64,000 nt of DNA from Gemmatimonadota bacterium (GCA_039589955.1 JBDHGI010000003.1:4535-68534); one strand, 5' to 3'; counted from the first letter of the stretch, positions 46,091-54,493 are shown. The notes: generated by a model from the letters alone, not told the origin. Made by a program: numbers and translations.

Positions 46091-47284
46091 ATGCCAGTCG
46101 AGGTTGTCACCGGGAACCATGCCGCGGGATATGCCCTGGCCGTGGCCGGCGAGGCCAATCGCTTCGGCCGGGGTGCCGCCTGTGGCATCTACCCCATCAC
46201 GCCGCAGACCGAGATCGTGGAGCGGGTGGCCGCGTTCCCTTTCACCAAGGGACGGGTGGTGCCCGTGGAGAGCGAGCACTCGGCCATGGGTGTCTCCATC
46301 GGCGCGTCTCTGACAGGAGCCCGGGCCTTCACCGCGAGCTCGTCCAACGGGCTGGCGTACATGGTGGAGAACATCATGACGGCGGGGTTCTACCGGCTCC
46401 CCATCGTCATGGTGGCCGTGAATCGCACCCTCGGCCCTCCTTGGAACATCTGGGCCGACCAGGGTGACTCGCTCATGCTCAGAGACTTCCCGTGGGTGCA
46501 GCTCTACTGCGCGAACAACCAGGAGGTGGCCGACCTCACGATCCTGGCGTTCCGCCTGGCGGAGGACCACCGCATCCTCCTCCCGACGCTCGTGTGCTTG
46601 GACGCGTTCATCATCTCGCATACCCAGGGGGAGACCGATCTCCCGGAGCAGGAGGCGGTCGACCGGTACCTGCCGCCCCTCGACCTTCCTCACCGCATGC
46701 GTCACGATGACCCGAAGACGCTGGGAGGGTTGATCTGGCCAGATGTGACCACCTCCCTGCGCATGGAGATCCACGAGGCCATGCAGCGGGTGCCCGAGGT
46801 GTACGACGAGTGCCGCGAGGCGTTCCGTGAGGTCTTCGGGCGGGAGCCGGGAGCTGCCCTCGACGCCTACGAGACGACCGACGCCGACACCGTCCTCGTG
46901 GCGTCGGCGACGGTGGCCACCACCGCCCGGGAAGTGGTCAAGCGCAGACGCGCAGCCGGGGAGAAGATCGGCCTGGTGAAGATGCGCATGTTCCGGCCCT
47001 TCCCGGAGGCGGCGCTTCGCGAGGCCTGCGCATCCGCCACCAGGATCGGGGTGCTGGATCGTGACTACGCCGCCGGCCTGGGCGGTGTCTGGTGGCAGGA
47101 CAGCCGAGCCGCCTTCCAGGGCCACCGGGACGACGTGATCCTGCAGGACTACCTGGTGGGCATCGGAGGTGGAGACGTGACACCTGAGACCGTTGATCGC
47201 GTGCTGGAGGACCTGGCCGGGCGTGACCGTGCCGGAGGCCCGGTCTGGGCAGACGTGGGCAACGGCAAGGGAGGCGGAGCATGA
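46091..47284 (+). CDS. porA: 2-oxoacid (pyruvate):ferredoxin oxidoreductase alpha subunit
   Basis: VTGNHAAGYALAVAG...YPITPQTEIVE...ESEHSAMGVSIGASLTGARAFTASSSNGLAYM. RBS-like GGAAGAG upstream. Confidence 0.9.
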   Translation: MPVEVVTGNHAAGYALAVAGEANRFGRGAACGIYPITPQTEIVERVAAFPFTKGRVVPVESEHSAMGVSIGASLTGARAFTASSSNGLAYMVENIMTAGFYRLPIVMVAVNRTLGPPWNIWADQGDSLMLRDFPWVQLYCANNQEVADLTILAFRLAEDHRILLPTLVCLDAFIISHTQGETDLPEQEAVDRYLPPLDLPHRMRHDDPKTLGGLIWPDVTTSLRMEIHEAMQRVPEVYDECREAFREVFGREPGAALDAYETTDADTVLVASATVATTAREVVKRRRAAGEKIGLVKMRMFRPFPEAALREACASATRIGVLDRDYAAGLGGVWWQDSRAAFQGHRDDVILQDYLVGIGGGDVTPETVDRVLEDLAGRDRAGGPVWADVGNGKGGGA

Positions 47285-48369
47285 GCGGCACGACCGAGAC
47301 CCGGAACGCAGCCGGGCCGTTCAGTCAGATTCCCCAGGTTCCGTGCACGGACGACTGCCTGCTCAGGGCGGGGAACACGAACTGCGGTGGGTGCGGCATG
47401 AGCATCGCCCTCACCATGCTGGGGCGGGCCCTGGCGGAGGCCGACGACACCTGCATGCTGGCCATTCCCGCGTGTTGCGGTGCGGTCACGGCCGGCGCGT
47501 TTCCCACAACGAGCTACGGCGTTCCCACCGTATGCACCACCTTCGGCGGCGTGGCGGCGGTAGCGTCGGGCATGGCGGCGATCCGGGATCTCAACGAAGA
47601 GACGGGGCAGGTCATCTGCTGGGCGGGAGACGGAGGCACGTACGATATCGGCATGGCCACGCTCTCCGCGGCGGCGGAGCGCAACGACGACATCCTCTAC
47701 ATCTGCTACGACAACGAGATCTACGGAAACACCGGCGGACAGCGCTCCTCGGCCACCCCGCCCGGCGCCCGCACGACCACGACACCCACGGGGAAGCGGG
47801 AGGAAAAGAAGGACATCGTGGGCATCATGGCGGCCCACGGCATCCCGTACGCCGCGACGCTGTCCATCGCCCACCCGGAGGACTTCCGCCAGAAGCTCCT
47901 CACGGCCTTCACGACGCCGGGCACGAAGTTCCTTCTCATCCACTCACCCTGCCCGACCGGATGGAAGGCCGAGCCCGCCGATTCCGTCCAGCTGGTCCGC
48001 ATCGCCGTGGCATCCGGCCTGTTCCCCCTCTACGAGGTCTTCGACGGGCGCCGATACCGGATCAACGTCGAGCCCGACTGGACCGACCCGGCCGACTACT
48101 TCCGTAGGCAGAGGCGGTTCCGGGAGGACGAGGTCGACCGCACATGGCGGAGGCGTTCCCGGTCTGAGGCCGTCGGGTGGGCGAGCGGGTCGCCCGGCCG
48201 AGCCTGGCGGCGGCGCCACTCACGTCCCAGGATAGGGCGGTTCGCAACCCGCAGCCTGCTCGACCGCGTTGACCCCCGCGCGACCCCGAACCTGGAGCTC
48301 CCCCGTGTCCGCACCCGCGCCGACGGCCCACAGGCTTCCTCACAACGCCTACGAGATCGAGCCTGGTGA
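47281..48369 (+). CDS. porB: 2-oxoacid:ferredoxin oxidoreductase beta (TPP-binding) subunit, with odd Arg-rich C-terminal extension
   Basis: ATGA overlap with porA. CGGCGMSIAL and GDGGTYDIGMATLSAAAERNDDILYICYDNEIYGNTGGQ (TPP motif). The last roughly 80 aa (WRRRSRSEAVGW...) look non-native and overlap the OPT start. Confidence 0.85.
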   Translation: MSGTTETRNAAGPFSQIPQVPCTDDCLLRAGNTNCGGCGMSIALTMLGRALAEADDTCMLAIPACCGAVTAGAFPTTSYGVPTVCTTFGGVAAVASGMAAIRDLNEETGQVICWAGDGGTYDIGMATLSAAAERNDDILYICYDNEIYGNTGGQRSSATPPGARTTTTPTGKREEKKDIVGIMAAHGIPYAATLSIAHPEDFRQKLLTAFTTPGTKFLLIHSPCPTGWKAEPADSVQLVRIAVASGLFPLYEVFDGRRYRINVEPDWTDPADYFRRQRRFREDEVDRTWRRRSRSEAVGWASGSPGRAWRRRHSRPRIGRFATRSLLDRVDPRATPNLELPRVRTRADGPQASSQRLRDRAW

Positions 48370-50278
48370 CACCTATGTCCCGATCACCTACGGGCAGACT
48401 CCGACGGAGTTCACGTGGAAGGCGGTGATCACCGGAGCCTTCCTGGGAGTTCTTTTCGGGGCGGCGAACACGTACTTGGGGCTCATGGCGGGCCTCACCA
48501 TCAGCACGTCGATTCCCGTGGCCGTGCTCACCGTGGTCATGTTCCGGTTGTTCACGGCCGCGGGGCTCAAGCACTCCATCCTGGAGTCGAACATCTCCCA
48601 GACCGTGGGGTCGGCGTCCTCCTCGGTGGCGTCGGGGGTCCTGTTCACCATTCCGGCGCTGTTCATATGGGGGATGAGCCCGGAGTGGGGGCAGATCACC
48701 CTTCTGGCCATGGCCGGCGGACTGGTGGGCGTCCTCTTCATGATTCCCCTGAGGCGGTACCTCATCAAGCAGGAGCACGGAAACCTGCCCTATCCCGAGG
48801 GCATGGCCTGCGCCGAGGTCCTGGTGGCTGCCGAAGGGGGCGGCAAGCAGGCCCACGGCGTGTTCTGGGGGATCGGCGTGGGGATGCTGTTCCAGCTCCT
48901 GGTCCAGGGCTTCAACTTCGTCCGGTCGACCTTTCAGGTGGCGCTCCCCTTCAAGGCGAGCATCGCCGCTCGCGTGAACGCGCCTCTTCTGGGCGTCGGG
49001 TACATCCTCGGGATCCGCATCGCCACCATCATGGTGGCGGGGGGTGCGCTGTCTTCCCTGGTCATCATCCCCCTCATCAACTTGTGGGGGCAGGGGTTCA
49101 CCGAACCGGTCTTCCCCGAGACCGAGTCGCTCATCCGGGACATGAGCTCGGGGCAGATATGGGATCGGTACATCCGCTATATCGGCGCGGGTGCCGTGGC
49201 CACCGCGGGTATCATCACCCTGGTCAAGTCCATTCCCACCATGGTCGAGTCGTTCAAGCTCGGTCTGGGCCAGATCACGCGGCGCGTCGGGGAGGCGCTC
49301 CCCCAGCTGGATCGAACGGATCATGACCTGAGCTTCAAGACGGTGGGCATGTGGCTGGCCGTCATCCTTCTCGCCCTCACCGTCGTGCCTGGCGTGCTGG
49401 GCTATCTGGACTCGGTAGGAGCGCGGGCCCTGGCGTCGATCTGCATCGCGATCTTCGCCTTCTTCTTCGTCACGGTGAGCTCGCGCATCGTCGGGCTGGT
49501 GGGGGTGACGTCGAATCCCACGTCGGGCATGACCATCGCCACGCTCCTCGGGACGGCGTCGGTGTTCTACCTCATGGGGTGGACGGACTCCCTCGGGAAG
49601 GCCACCGCTCTGATGGTGGGGACGGTGGTGTGCATCGCCGCATCCATCGCCGGGGATACGTCCCAGGACCTCAAGACCGGGTTCATTCTGGGCGCCACAC
49701 CGTACAAGCAGCAGATCGGAGAGCTCATCGGCGTCATCACGTCGGCGGGCTTCGTCTGCCTGGTGATCATCGTGCTGAACCAGGGGACACCGGGAGGCCT
49801 CGGAGGCCCGGAGCTGCCCGCCCCCCAGGCCGTTCTCATGAAGCTGGTCATCGACGGAGTGCTCGATCAGAGCCTGCCGTGGGGCCTCATCTTCATCGGC
49901 GTGGGCATCGCCGGGGCGGCGGCTCTCCTCAAGATCCCCACGCTGCCGTTCGCGGTGGGTGTCTACCTGCCCCTGTCGACCATGGGGGCGGTCTTCCTGG
50001 GTGGCCTGCTCCGCTGGATGCTCACGCGAAAGCAGAACGCCGAGGTGGCCGAGTCCCGGCGTGAGAAGGGCGTTCTCTTCGGATCGGGCATGGTGGGCGG
50101 TGGAGGCCTCACGGGCGTCCTGCTCGCCATCTGGGTCGTGGCCGCCCGAGGAGGCGAGCCCATCGTGGGCTTCCCGCCCGACGTGTCGGAGGCGGGCGCC
50201 ATGGCCCTGGCCGCGGCGACGCTGGTGATTTGCCTCGGGGCCATGGGGTACTACGCCACCCGGAGAAGCGAGGGGTAG
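48305..50278 (+). CDS. OPT-family oligopeptide / metal-chelate transporter
   Basis: EFTWKAVITGAFLGVLFGAANTYLGLMAGLTISTSIPVAVL is the typical OPT N-terminus, and the protein has many TM segments. The only in-frame starts upstream of it are GTG 48305 and TTG 48269. Confidence 0.85.
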   Translation: MSAPAPTAHRLPHNAYEIEPGDTYVPITYGQTPTEFTWKAVITGAFLGVLFGAANTYLGLMAGLTISTSIPVAVLTVVMFRLFTAAGLKHSILESNISQTVGSASSSVASGVLFTIPALFIWGMSPEWGQITLLAMAGGLVGVLFMIPLRRYLIKQEHGNLPYPEGMACAEVLVAAEGGGKQAHGVFWGIGVGMLFQLLVQGFNFVRSTFQVALPFKASIAARVNAPLLGVGYILGIRIATIMVAGGALSSLVIIPLINLWGQGFTEPVFPETESLIRDMSSGQIWDRYIRYIGAGAVATAGIITLVKSIPTMVESFKLGLGQITRRVGEALPQLDRTDHDLSFKTVGMWLAVILLALTVVPGVLGYLDSVGARALASICIAIFAFFFVTVSSRIVGLVGVTSNPTSGMTIATLLGTASVFYLMGWTDSLGKATALMVGTVVCIAASIAGDTSQDLKTGFILGATPYKQQIGELIGVITSAGFVCLVIIVLNQGTPGGLGGPELPAPQAVLMKLVIDGVLDQSLPWGLIFIGVGIAGAAALLKIPTLPFAVGVYLPLSTMGAVFLGGLLRWMLTRKQNAEVAESRREKGVLFGSGMVGGGGLTGVLLAIWVVAARGGEPIVGFPPDVSEAGAMALAAATLVICLGAMGYYATRRSEG

Positions 50279-50296
50279 AGCGGATCGGACCCGGGC

Positions 50297-50662
50297 TCAG
50301 CGCGCCGAGGCTTCCCGATCACCTCCGGTGATGACCCTGACCAGGCGGGCGAGGTCGTAGTCGAGGGCGATCTCCGCGAATCCGACCCGGAGGACGTAGG
50401 CGGGATGGCTCTGCACCAGGCGGACCGGAATGCCCGGGAGAATCCCCAGGGAAGCCAGACGTACCGCCCGGGGGTGATCCGGGTCGGTGAGGCAGGAGAT
50501 CACTCCGGTTCCGCCCGTGGGCAGGGTCGTGACGGGATGCGAGGGACAGCATGAGGACTCGCACTTGTGCTGCTCCCGGACCGGTGCCCCGGCGGGGCAT
50601 GCCTCGTCCCATCCCGCCAGGGAGCGAAGGCCGTTCCGGATCCTCATCACGATGCCGAACAT
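50297..50662 (-). CDS. FeoA-domain protein with Cys-rich N-terminal extension
   Basis: ATG at 50662 preceded by GGAGAGG. N-terminal WDEACPAGAPVREQHKCESSCCPSHP, then the FeoA fold ISCLTDPDHPRAVRLASLGILPGIPVRLVQSHPAYVLRVGFAEIALDYDLARLVRV. Confidence 0.7.
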   Translation of the reverse strand: MFGIVMRIRNGLRSLAGWDEACPAGAPVREQHKCESSCCPSHPVTTLPTGGTGVISCLTDPDHPRAVRLASLGILPGIPVRLVQSHPAYVLRVGFAEIALDYDLARLVRVITGGDREASAR

Positions 50663-50670
50663 GACGAAAG

Positions 50671-50907
50671 CTACCTCTCCAGGGGGAACACGGGGAGCGC
50701 CCCCGGACGGTCGTCGGTGATGGTCGGGACGGCGGACGACCTGCCGAGCTTCCTCATGAGATAGGCGATCCAGCGGGGCGTGCCGGGGTTCTCGAAGCCG
50801 CAATGGGGGCACCGAACCAGCCCACATCCGGATCCCACCGGGCAGGCCCGGCAGGCCGGCTGGCTCCGGTCCTCGTCGAAGACCCTTCTGCAGAATCCGC
50901 AGGTCAC
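50671..50907 (-). CDS. Small zinc-ribbon protein translationally coupled to feoB
   Basis: The GTG at 50907 overlaps the feoB stop (GTGA). 78 aa: VTCGFCRRVFDEDRSQPACRACPVGSGCGLVRCPHCGFENPG, with 8 Cys in the first 36 residues. Confidence 0.6.
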   Translation of the reverse strand: MTCGFCRRVFDEDRSQPACRACPVGSGCGLVRCPHCGFENPGTPRWIAYLMRKLGRSSAVPTITDDRPGALPVFPLER

Positions 50908-52814
50908 CAGCCGAGTCCCCTGAGGCCGAGGTTGAGCACGAATCCGACACCGAAGGCGAACGGGGTGATGACGGCGAGCATGCCCAGGGCCGTCCTCCAT
51001 CCCCGCTCCTTGACCATCATGAGGAACTGGGCGATGCAGGGCACGAAGAGGGTGAGGGTCACGGCCGCCACGGTGAGCTGGGCGACGTCCAGGACTCCGG
51101 TCTGGTTCAGATCGAAGAGACCGGCAGCGCCGTAATCCCGACGGAAGAAGCCGAACAGGAAGATGGTGGCCGTGTCCGCCGGGAGCCCGATGGCGCCCAC
51201 CACGGGCGTCAGCCCGGCGATCACCCAACGGATGAGGCCCGTGACGTCCATCGCCCAGAGCAGGACGCTGGCCAGGAGGAAGAGGGGCAGGACCTCCAGG
51301 AAGTACCACTGCATGCGGCTGTAGGTCTTCATGATCACGTTGCCCACCCGGGGCACCCGCATGGGTGGCAGCTCCATGTGGAAGGAGGCGGTCTCCCCCG
51401 GCAGGAGCTTCGCGGACAGCCACCCCACGAAGAGGAACGTGCCAAGGAGAGAGAAGGCCCAGACCGTCAGCGCCATGGGCTGTCCGGAAAGGATGGCCAG
51501 GATCACCCCCAGCTGCGCGGAGCAGGGAATGGCGAGGGCGAGCAGCAGCGTGGAGAGGACGCGCTCACGCTTGGTCTCCAGCGTGCGGGTCACCATGGTG
51601 GCCATGGTGTCGCAGGCGAAGCCCAGCACGATGGGGATCACCGCCCGTCCACTGAGCCCGATTCGCTTGAAGGAGCGATCCACCAGGAGGGCCAGGCGCG
51701 GGAAGTACCCGCTGTCCTCCAGGATGGAGAAGAAGAGGAAGAAGCTCCCCACCACGGGTAGGATGATGGCGACGGCGTACCGCAGGCCCAGGGTGATCAT
51801 TCCGTACTCGCCGACGAACAGCCCGCGGAGCCACTCCCAGGGGATTCCCAGGAACAGCCTCTCGAAGAAGGGGTTGATCCGCTCCTCGAAGAGGGGTCCC
51901 TCGATAACGTCCACCAGGGTCCCGGCGCCGAAGACCCCCACGAACTGGTAGAGCCCGATCCAGAGAACCACGAGGAGGATGGGGATCCCCGTGAGCGGTC
52001 GGGCCAACCACCGCCCCAGCCGCTCGCCGGGTCGGGGGCGCGGCTCGTGATCCTGCCAGAGCACATCCTCCAGGAGCTCCCTCGCCACGAGCTGGCGCTC
52101 GAAGGAGACCCGGTAGACGGCGGGTCCCCCGAGTCCTCCCGCCACCTCCGCCGCGGTCCGCAGGGCGGTGCCACCGCCGTCCGGCTCCGTGTCCCGAAGA
52201 AGGTCCACCGCGGTCTGGTCACCCTGGAGGGCCAGCGTCGCAACCGCGGTGCGGCTCACTGGGTAGGCTCCTTCCAGTCGGTCCTCGACGGCTCGAACGG
52301 CGTCTCCCACACCGTTGCCGTACGCGGGCTGGGACGGGAGGGGGGCGGTGCGGGCTCGGTCCACGGCCTTCGCCAAGAGATCCATGCCCGTCCCGCGAAT
52401 GGCCACCATGGGCACCACAGGTATGCCCAGTCGCTCGCTCAGGAGATCCACTTTCACGGACACGCCCAGCTGATCGAGCTCGTCCATCATGTTGAGGACC
52501 AGCACCAGAGGTCGGCCCAGGGCCATGAGCTGAAGCGTGAAGGGCAGGGCGCGGGGGAGGTTCTTCGCGTCCACCACATGGAGAAGGATGTCGGACGTGC
52601 CGTCGAGGATGAACCGCTGGGTGACGCGCTCCTCCTCGCTTCCGGGAACCAGGGCGTAGGCTCCGGGGGTGTCGACCACCTCCAGGTCCAGGTCTCCGAG
52701 GTGTCCGTGACCCCGGGTCAGCGCCACCGACGTGCCGGGGTAGTTGGAGACCGTTACGTAGGCGCCCGTGAGCCGGTTGAAGAGGACGCTCTTGCCCACG
52801 TTCGGATTGCCCAC
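50904..52814 (-). CDS. feoB: Ferrous iron transporter FeoB (second copy); true start unresolved
   Basis: [25 protein letters not shown] and a polytopic membrane domain. The listed GTG start sits at the first residue of the P-loop. Conserved beta-1 residues (RLRVALVG) are encoded in frame upstream, but no ATG/GTG/TTG occurs there. Confidence 0.85.
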   Translation of the reverse strand: MGNPNVGKSVLFNRLTGAYVTVSNYPGTSVALTRGHGHLGDLDLEVVDTPGAYALVPGSEEERVTQRFILDGTSDILLHVVDAKNLPRALPFTLQLMALGRPLVLVLNMMDELDQLGVSVKVDLLSERLGIPVVPMVAIRGTGMDLLAKAVDRARTAPLPSQPAYGNGVGDAVRAVEDRLEGAYPVSRTAVATLALQGDQTAVDLLRDTEPDGGGTALRTAAEVAGGLGGPAVYRVSFERQLVARELLEDVLWQDHEPRPRPGERLGRWLARPLTGIPILLVVLWIGLYQFVGVFGAGTLVDVIEGPLFEERINPFFERLFLGIPWEWLRGLFVGEYGMITLGLRYAVAIILPVVGSFFLFFSILEDSGYFPRLALLVDRSFKRIGLSGRAVIPIVLGFACDTMATMVTRTLETKRERVLSTLLLALAIPCSAQLGVILAILSGQPMALTVWAFSLLGTFLFVGWLSAKLLPGETASFHMELPPMRVPRVGNVIMKTYSRMQWYFLEVLPLFLLASVLLWAMDVTGLIRWVIAGLTPVVGAIGLPADTATIFLFGFFRRDYGAAGLFDLNQTGVLDVAQLTVAAVTLTLFVPCIAQFLMMVKERGWRTALGMLAVITPFAFGVGFVLNLGLRGLGW

Positions 52815-52973
52815 CAGGGCTACCCGGAGGCGCTCCGCATGGCCGCCGGCATCCGCCCACGCCGCGACCCGATCCGGGGCATGGGAGGCCGGATGGGTCT
52901 CTGGGAGCCTGGTCTTGGTCGGGGCGGTCAGGGAAAGAACCTCCGGCGGCTCCTCGTCGGCACCGCGTCAGAA

Positions 52974-52990
52974 TTGAGAACCATTCTCAA
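52974..52990. promoter_or_regulatory. Fur-family-like operator: TTGAGAA-cca-TTCTCAA
   Basis: Perfect 7-3-7 inverted repeat in the divergent region between feoB (minus) and the OMP gene (plus). Read as 7-1-7 (TGAGAAc-c-aTTCTCA), it has the architecture of Fur/PerR/Zur boxes (TGATAAT-n-ATTATCA). Confidence 0.5.
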
Positions 52991-53139
52991 CGAGAGTGAA
53001 TATAGGGCTCCCGTCGGGGAGGGCCAAGGACGCTGCCGCGTGTCGACGTTATCTTGAACGGTCCACGTCCTGAGGGCGCTCGCGCAGTAGGGCGGGACGC
53101 AGTTGCCCTCGGTCGTCGCGCTACGAGATCGGAGATTCC

Positions 53140-53799
53140 ATGAGAGACCGACTGCTCATCATCGCTGCCGCGTCCGCGGTTCTGATTCCCGGGCAGGCGC
53201 TCGCCCAGGGGATCGGCGTGGGTGTCCGTGCGGGAACGCTGGGGATCGGCGCCGAGGGCGCCGTTGGACTCACGGAGAACCTCGTGGTCCGGGGCGGGAT
53301 CGGCTTGATGCCCTGGGAGCCCGAGCAGGACATCGACGAGATCACCTTCAGCCTCAACCTTCCCGACACGTGGTACACCGTCGGGCTGGACCTCTATCTG
53401 GCGGGCCCCCTCCGGGTTGGCGCCGGCCTGCTGTACAAGCCGGACGATCCGTCGCTGACGGCTCGGCTTTCCACCAGCACGGACATCGGTGGCACCTCGT
53501 ACACGCCGGCCGAGGTGGGCACGCTCACGGCGACGCTGGAGGCAAGGCGAAAGGCGCCGTACCTGAGCCTGGGATTCGGCCGACACGACAGCCCGGGATT
53601 CGGTCTCTCACTGGATCTGGGCGTGGCGTTTCTCGGGAAGCCCGAGTTCACCCTCACGGCCGAGGACGGGACGCTCGTCGGTGACCCGGCGTTTGAGGCG
53701 AACCTCCGGGCGGAGGAGGTCAACCTGGAGAACGACGCGGGTCCCCTCCTCCAGTACTGGCCGATCCTGAGCCTGGGTCTCCGGCTGGGTATCGGCTGA
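53140..53799 (+). CDS. Small outer-membrane beta-barrel protein (OmpW/porin-like)
   Basis: Signal peptide MRDRLLIIAAASAVLIPGQALAQ. Alternating Gly/hydrophobic beta-strand pattern GVGVRAGTLGIGAEGAVGL. C-terminal LSLGLRLGIG. RBS GGAG upstream. Confidence 0.7.
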   Translation: MRDRLLIIAAASAVLIPGQALAQGIGVGVRAGTLGIGAEGAVGLTENLVVRGGIGLMPWEPEQDIDEITFSLNLPDTWYTVGLDLYLAGPLRVGAGLLYKPDDPSLTARLSTSTDIGGTSYTPAEVGTLTATLEARRKAPYLSLGFGRHDSPGFGLSLDLGVAFLGKPEFTLTAEDGTLVGDPAFEANLRAEEVNLENDAGPLLQYWPILSLGLRLGIG

Positions 53800-53812
53800 G
53801 CCGCGCCTCGAG

Positions 53813-54493
53813 ATGGCCGAGGTCGTCGAGCTGAGGTTCGTCGCCACCGAATCATCCGGGCCCGTGTCCGCGCTGTGGCACCGGCCCGAGGATGCACGGG
53901 CCGCGTACGTATTCGGGCACGGCGCAGGTGCCGGGATGCGTCACGCCTTCATGGAGGGCGTGGCGAAGCGCCTGGGCAGGGCGGGGATCGCCACCTTCCG
54001 GTACCAGTTCCCGTACATGGAGTCCGGGAGGAAGGCGCCCGACCGAGCGCCGGTGCTCGTGAAGACGGTCCGCTCTGCCGTGGCCGAGGCAGGCCGCCTC
54101 GCGGGGGACCTTCCCCTGTTCGCCGGGGGAAAGTCCATGGGTGGGCGCATGACGTCTGCTGCCGCCGCCGAGGAGGCGTTGCCGCGGGTGCAGGGCCTGG
54201 CCTTCCTCGGCTTTCCCCTGCATCCGCCTGGGAGGAGCGGGACGGAGCGGGGGGCTCACCTCGCTGACGTGGGCCTGCCCATGCTCTTCCTCCAGGGAGA
54301 CAGGGACAGGCTTGCGGACCTGGGGCTCCTCGTCCCCCTCCTGGAGACGATCCGGCCGCGCCCGACGCTCCACGTGGCGGAAGGTGCCGACCACGGCTTC
54401 CACGTCCTCAAGCGCTCGGGGCGCACCGACACCCAGGTGCTCGACGAGATTCGCGCCAGCCTGGCACAGTGGGTGGACGAAGCGCTGAGCTAG
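53813..54493 (+). CDS. Alpha/beta-fold hydrolase (KANL3/Tex30-like, COG3571-type)
   Basis: FGHGAGAGMRHAFM, nucleophile elbow GGKSMGGRMTS, and FLQGDRD...ADHGF. Confidence 0.75.
   Translation: MAEVVELRFVATESSGPVSALWHRPEDARAAYVFGHGAGAGMRHAFMEGVAKRLGRAGIATFRYQFPYMESGRKAPDRAPVLVKTVRSAVAEAGRLAGDLPLFAGGKSMGGRMTSAAAAEEALPRVQGLAFLGFPLHPPGRSGTERGAHLADVGLPMLFLQGDRDRLADLGLLVPLLETIRPRPTLHVAEGADHGFHVLKRSGRTDTQVLDEIRASLAQWVDEALS

Noticed and set aside
41837-49324. Minus-strand ORFs 41837..43519, 43688..44992, 45743..47125 and 48062..49324
   Set aside because: All are antisense to feoB, the POR genes and the OPT transporter, which carry strong family motifs. Their translations are low-complexity.
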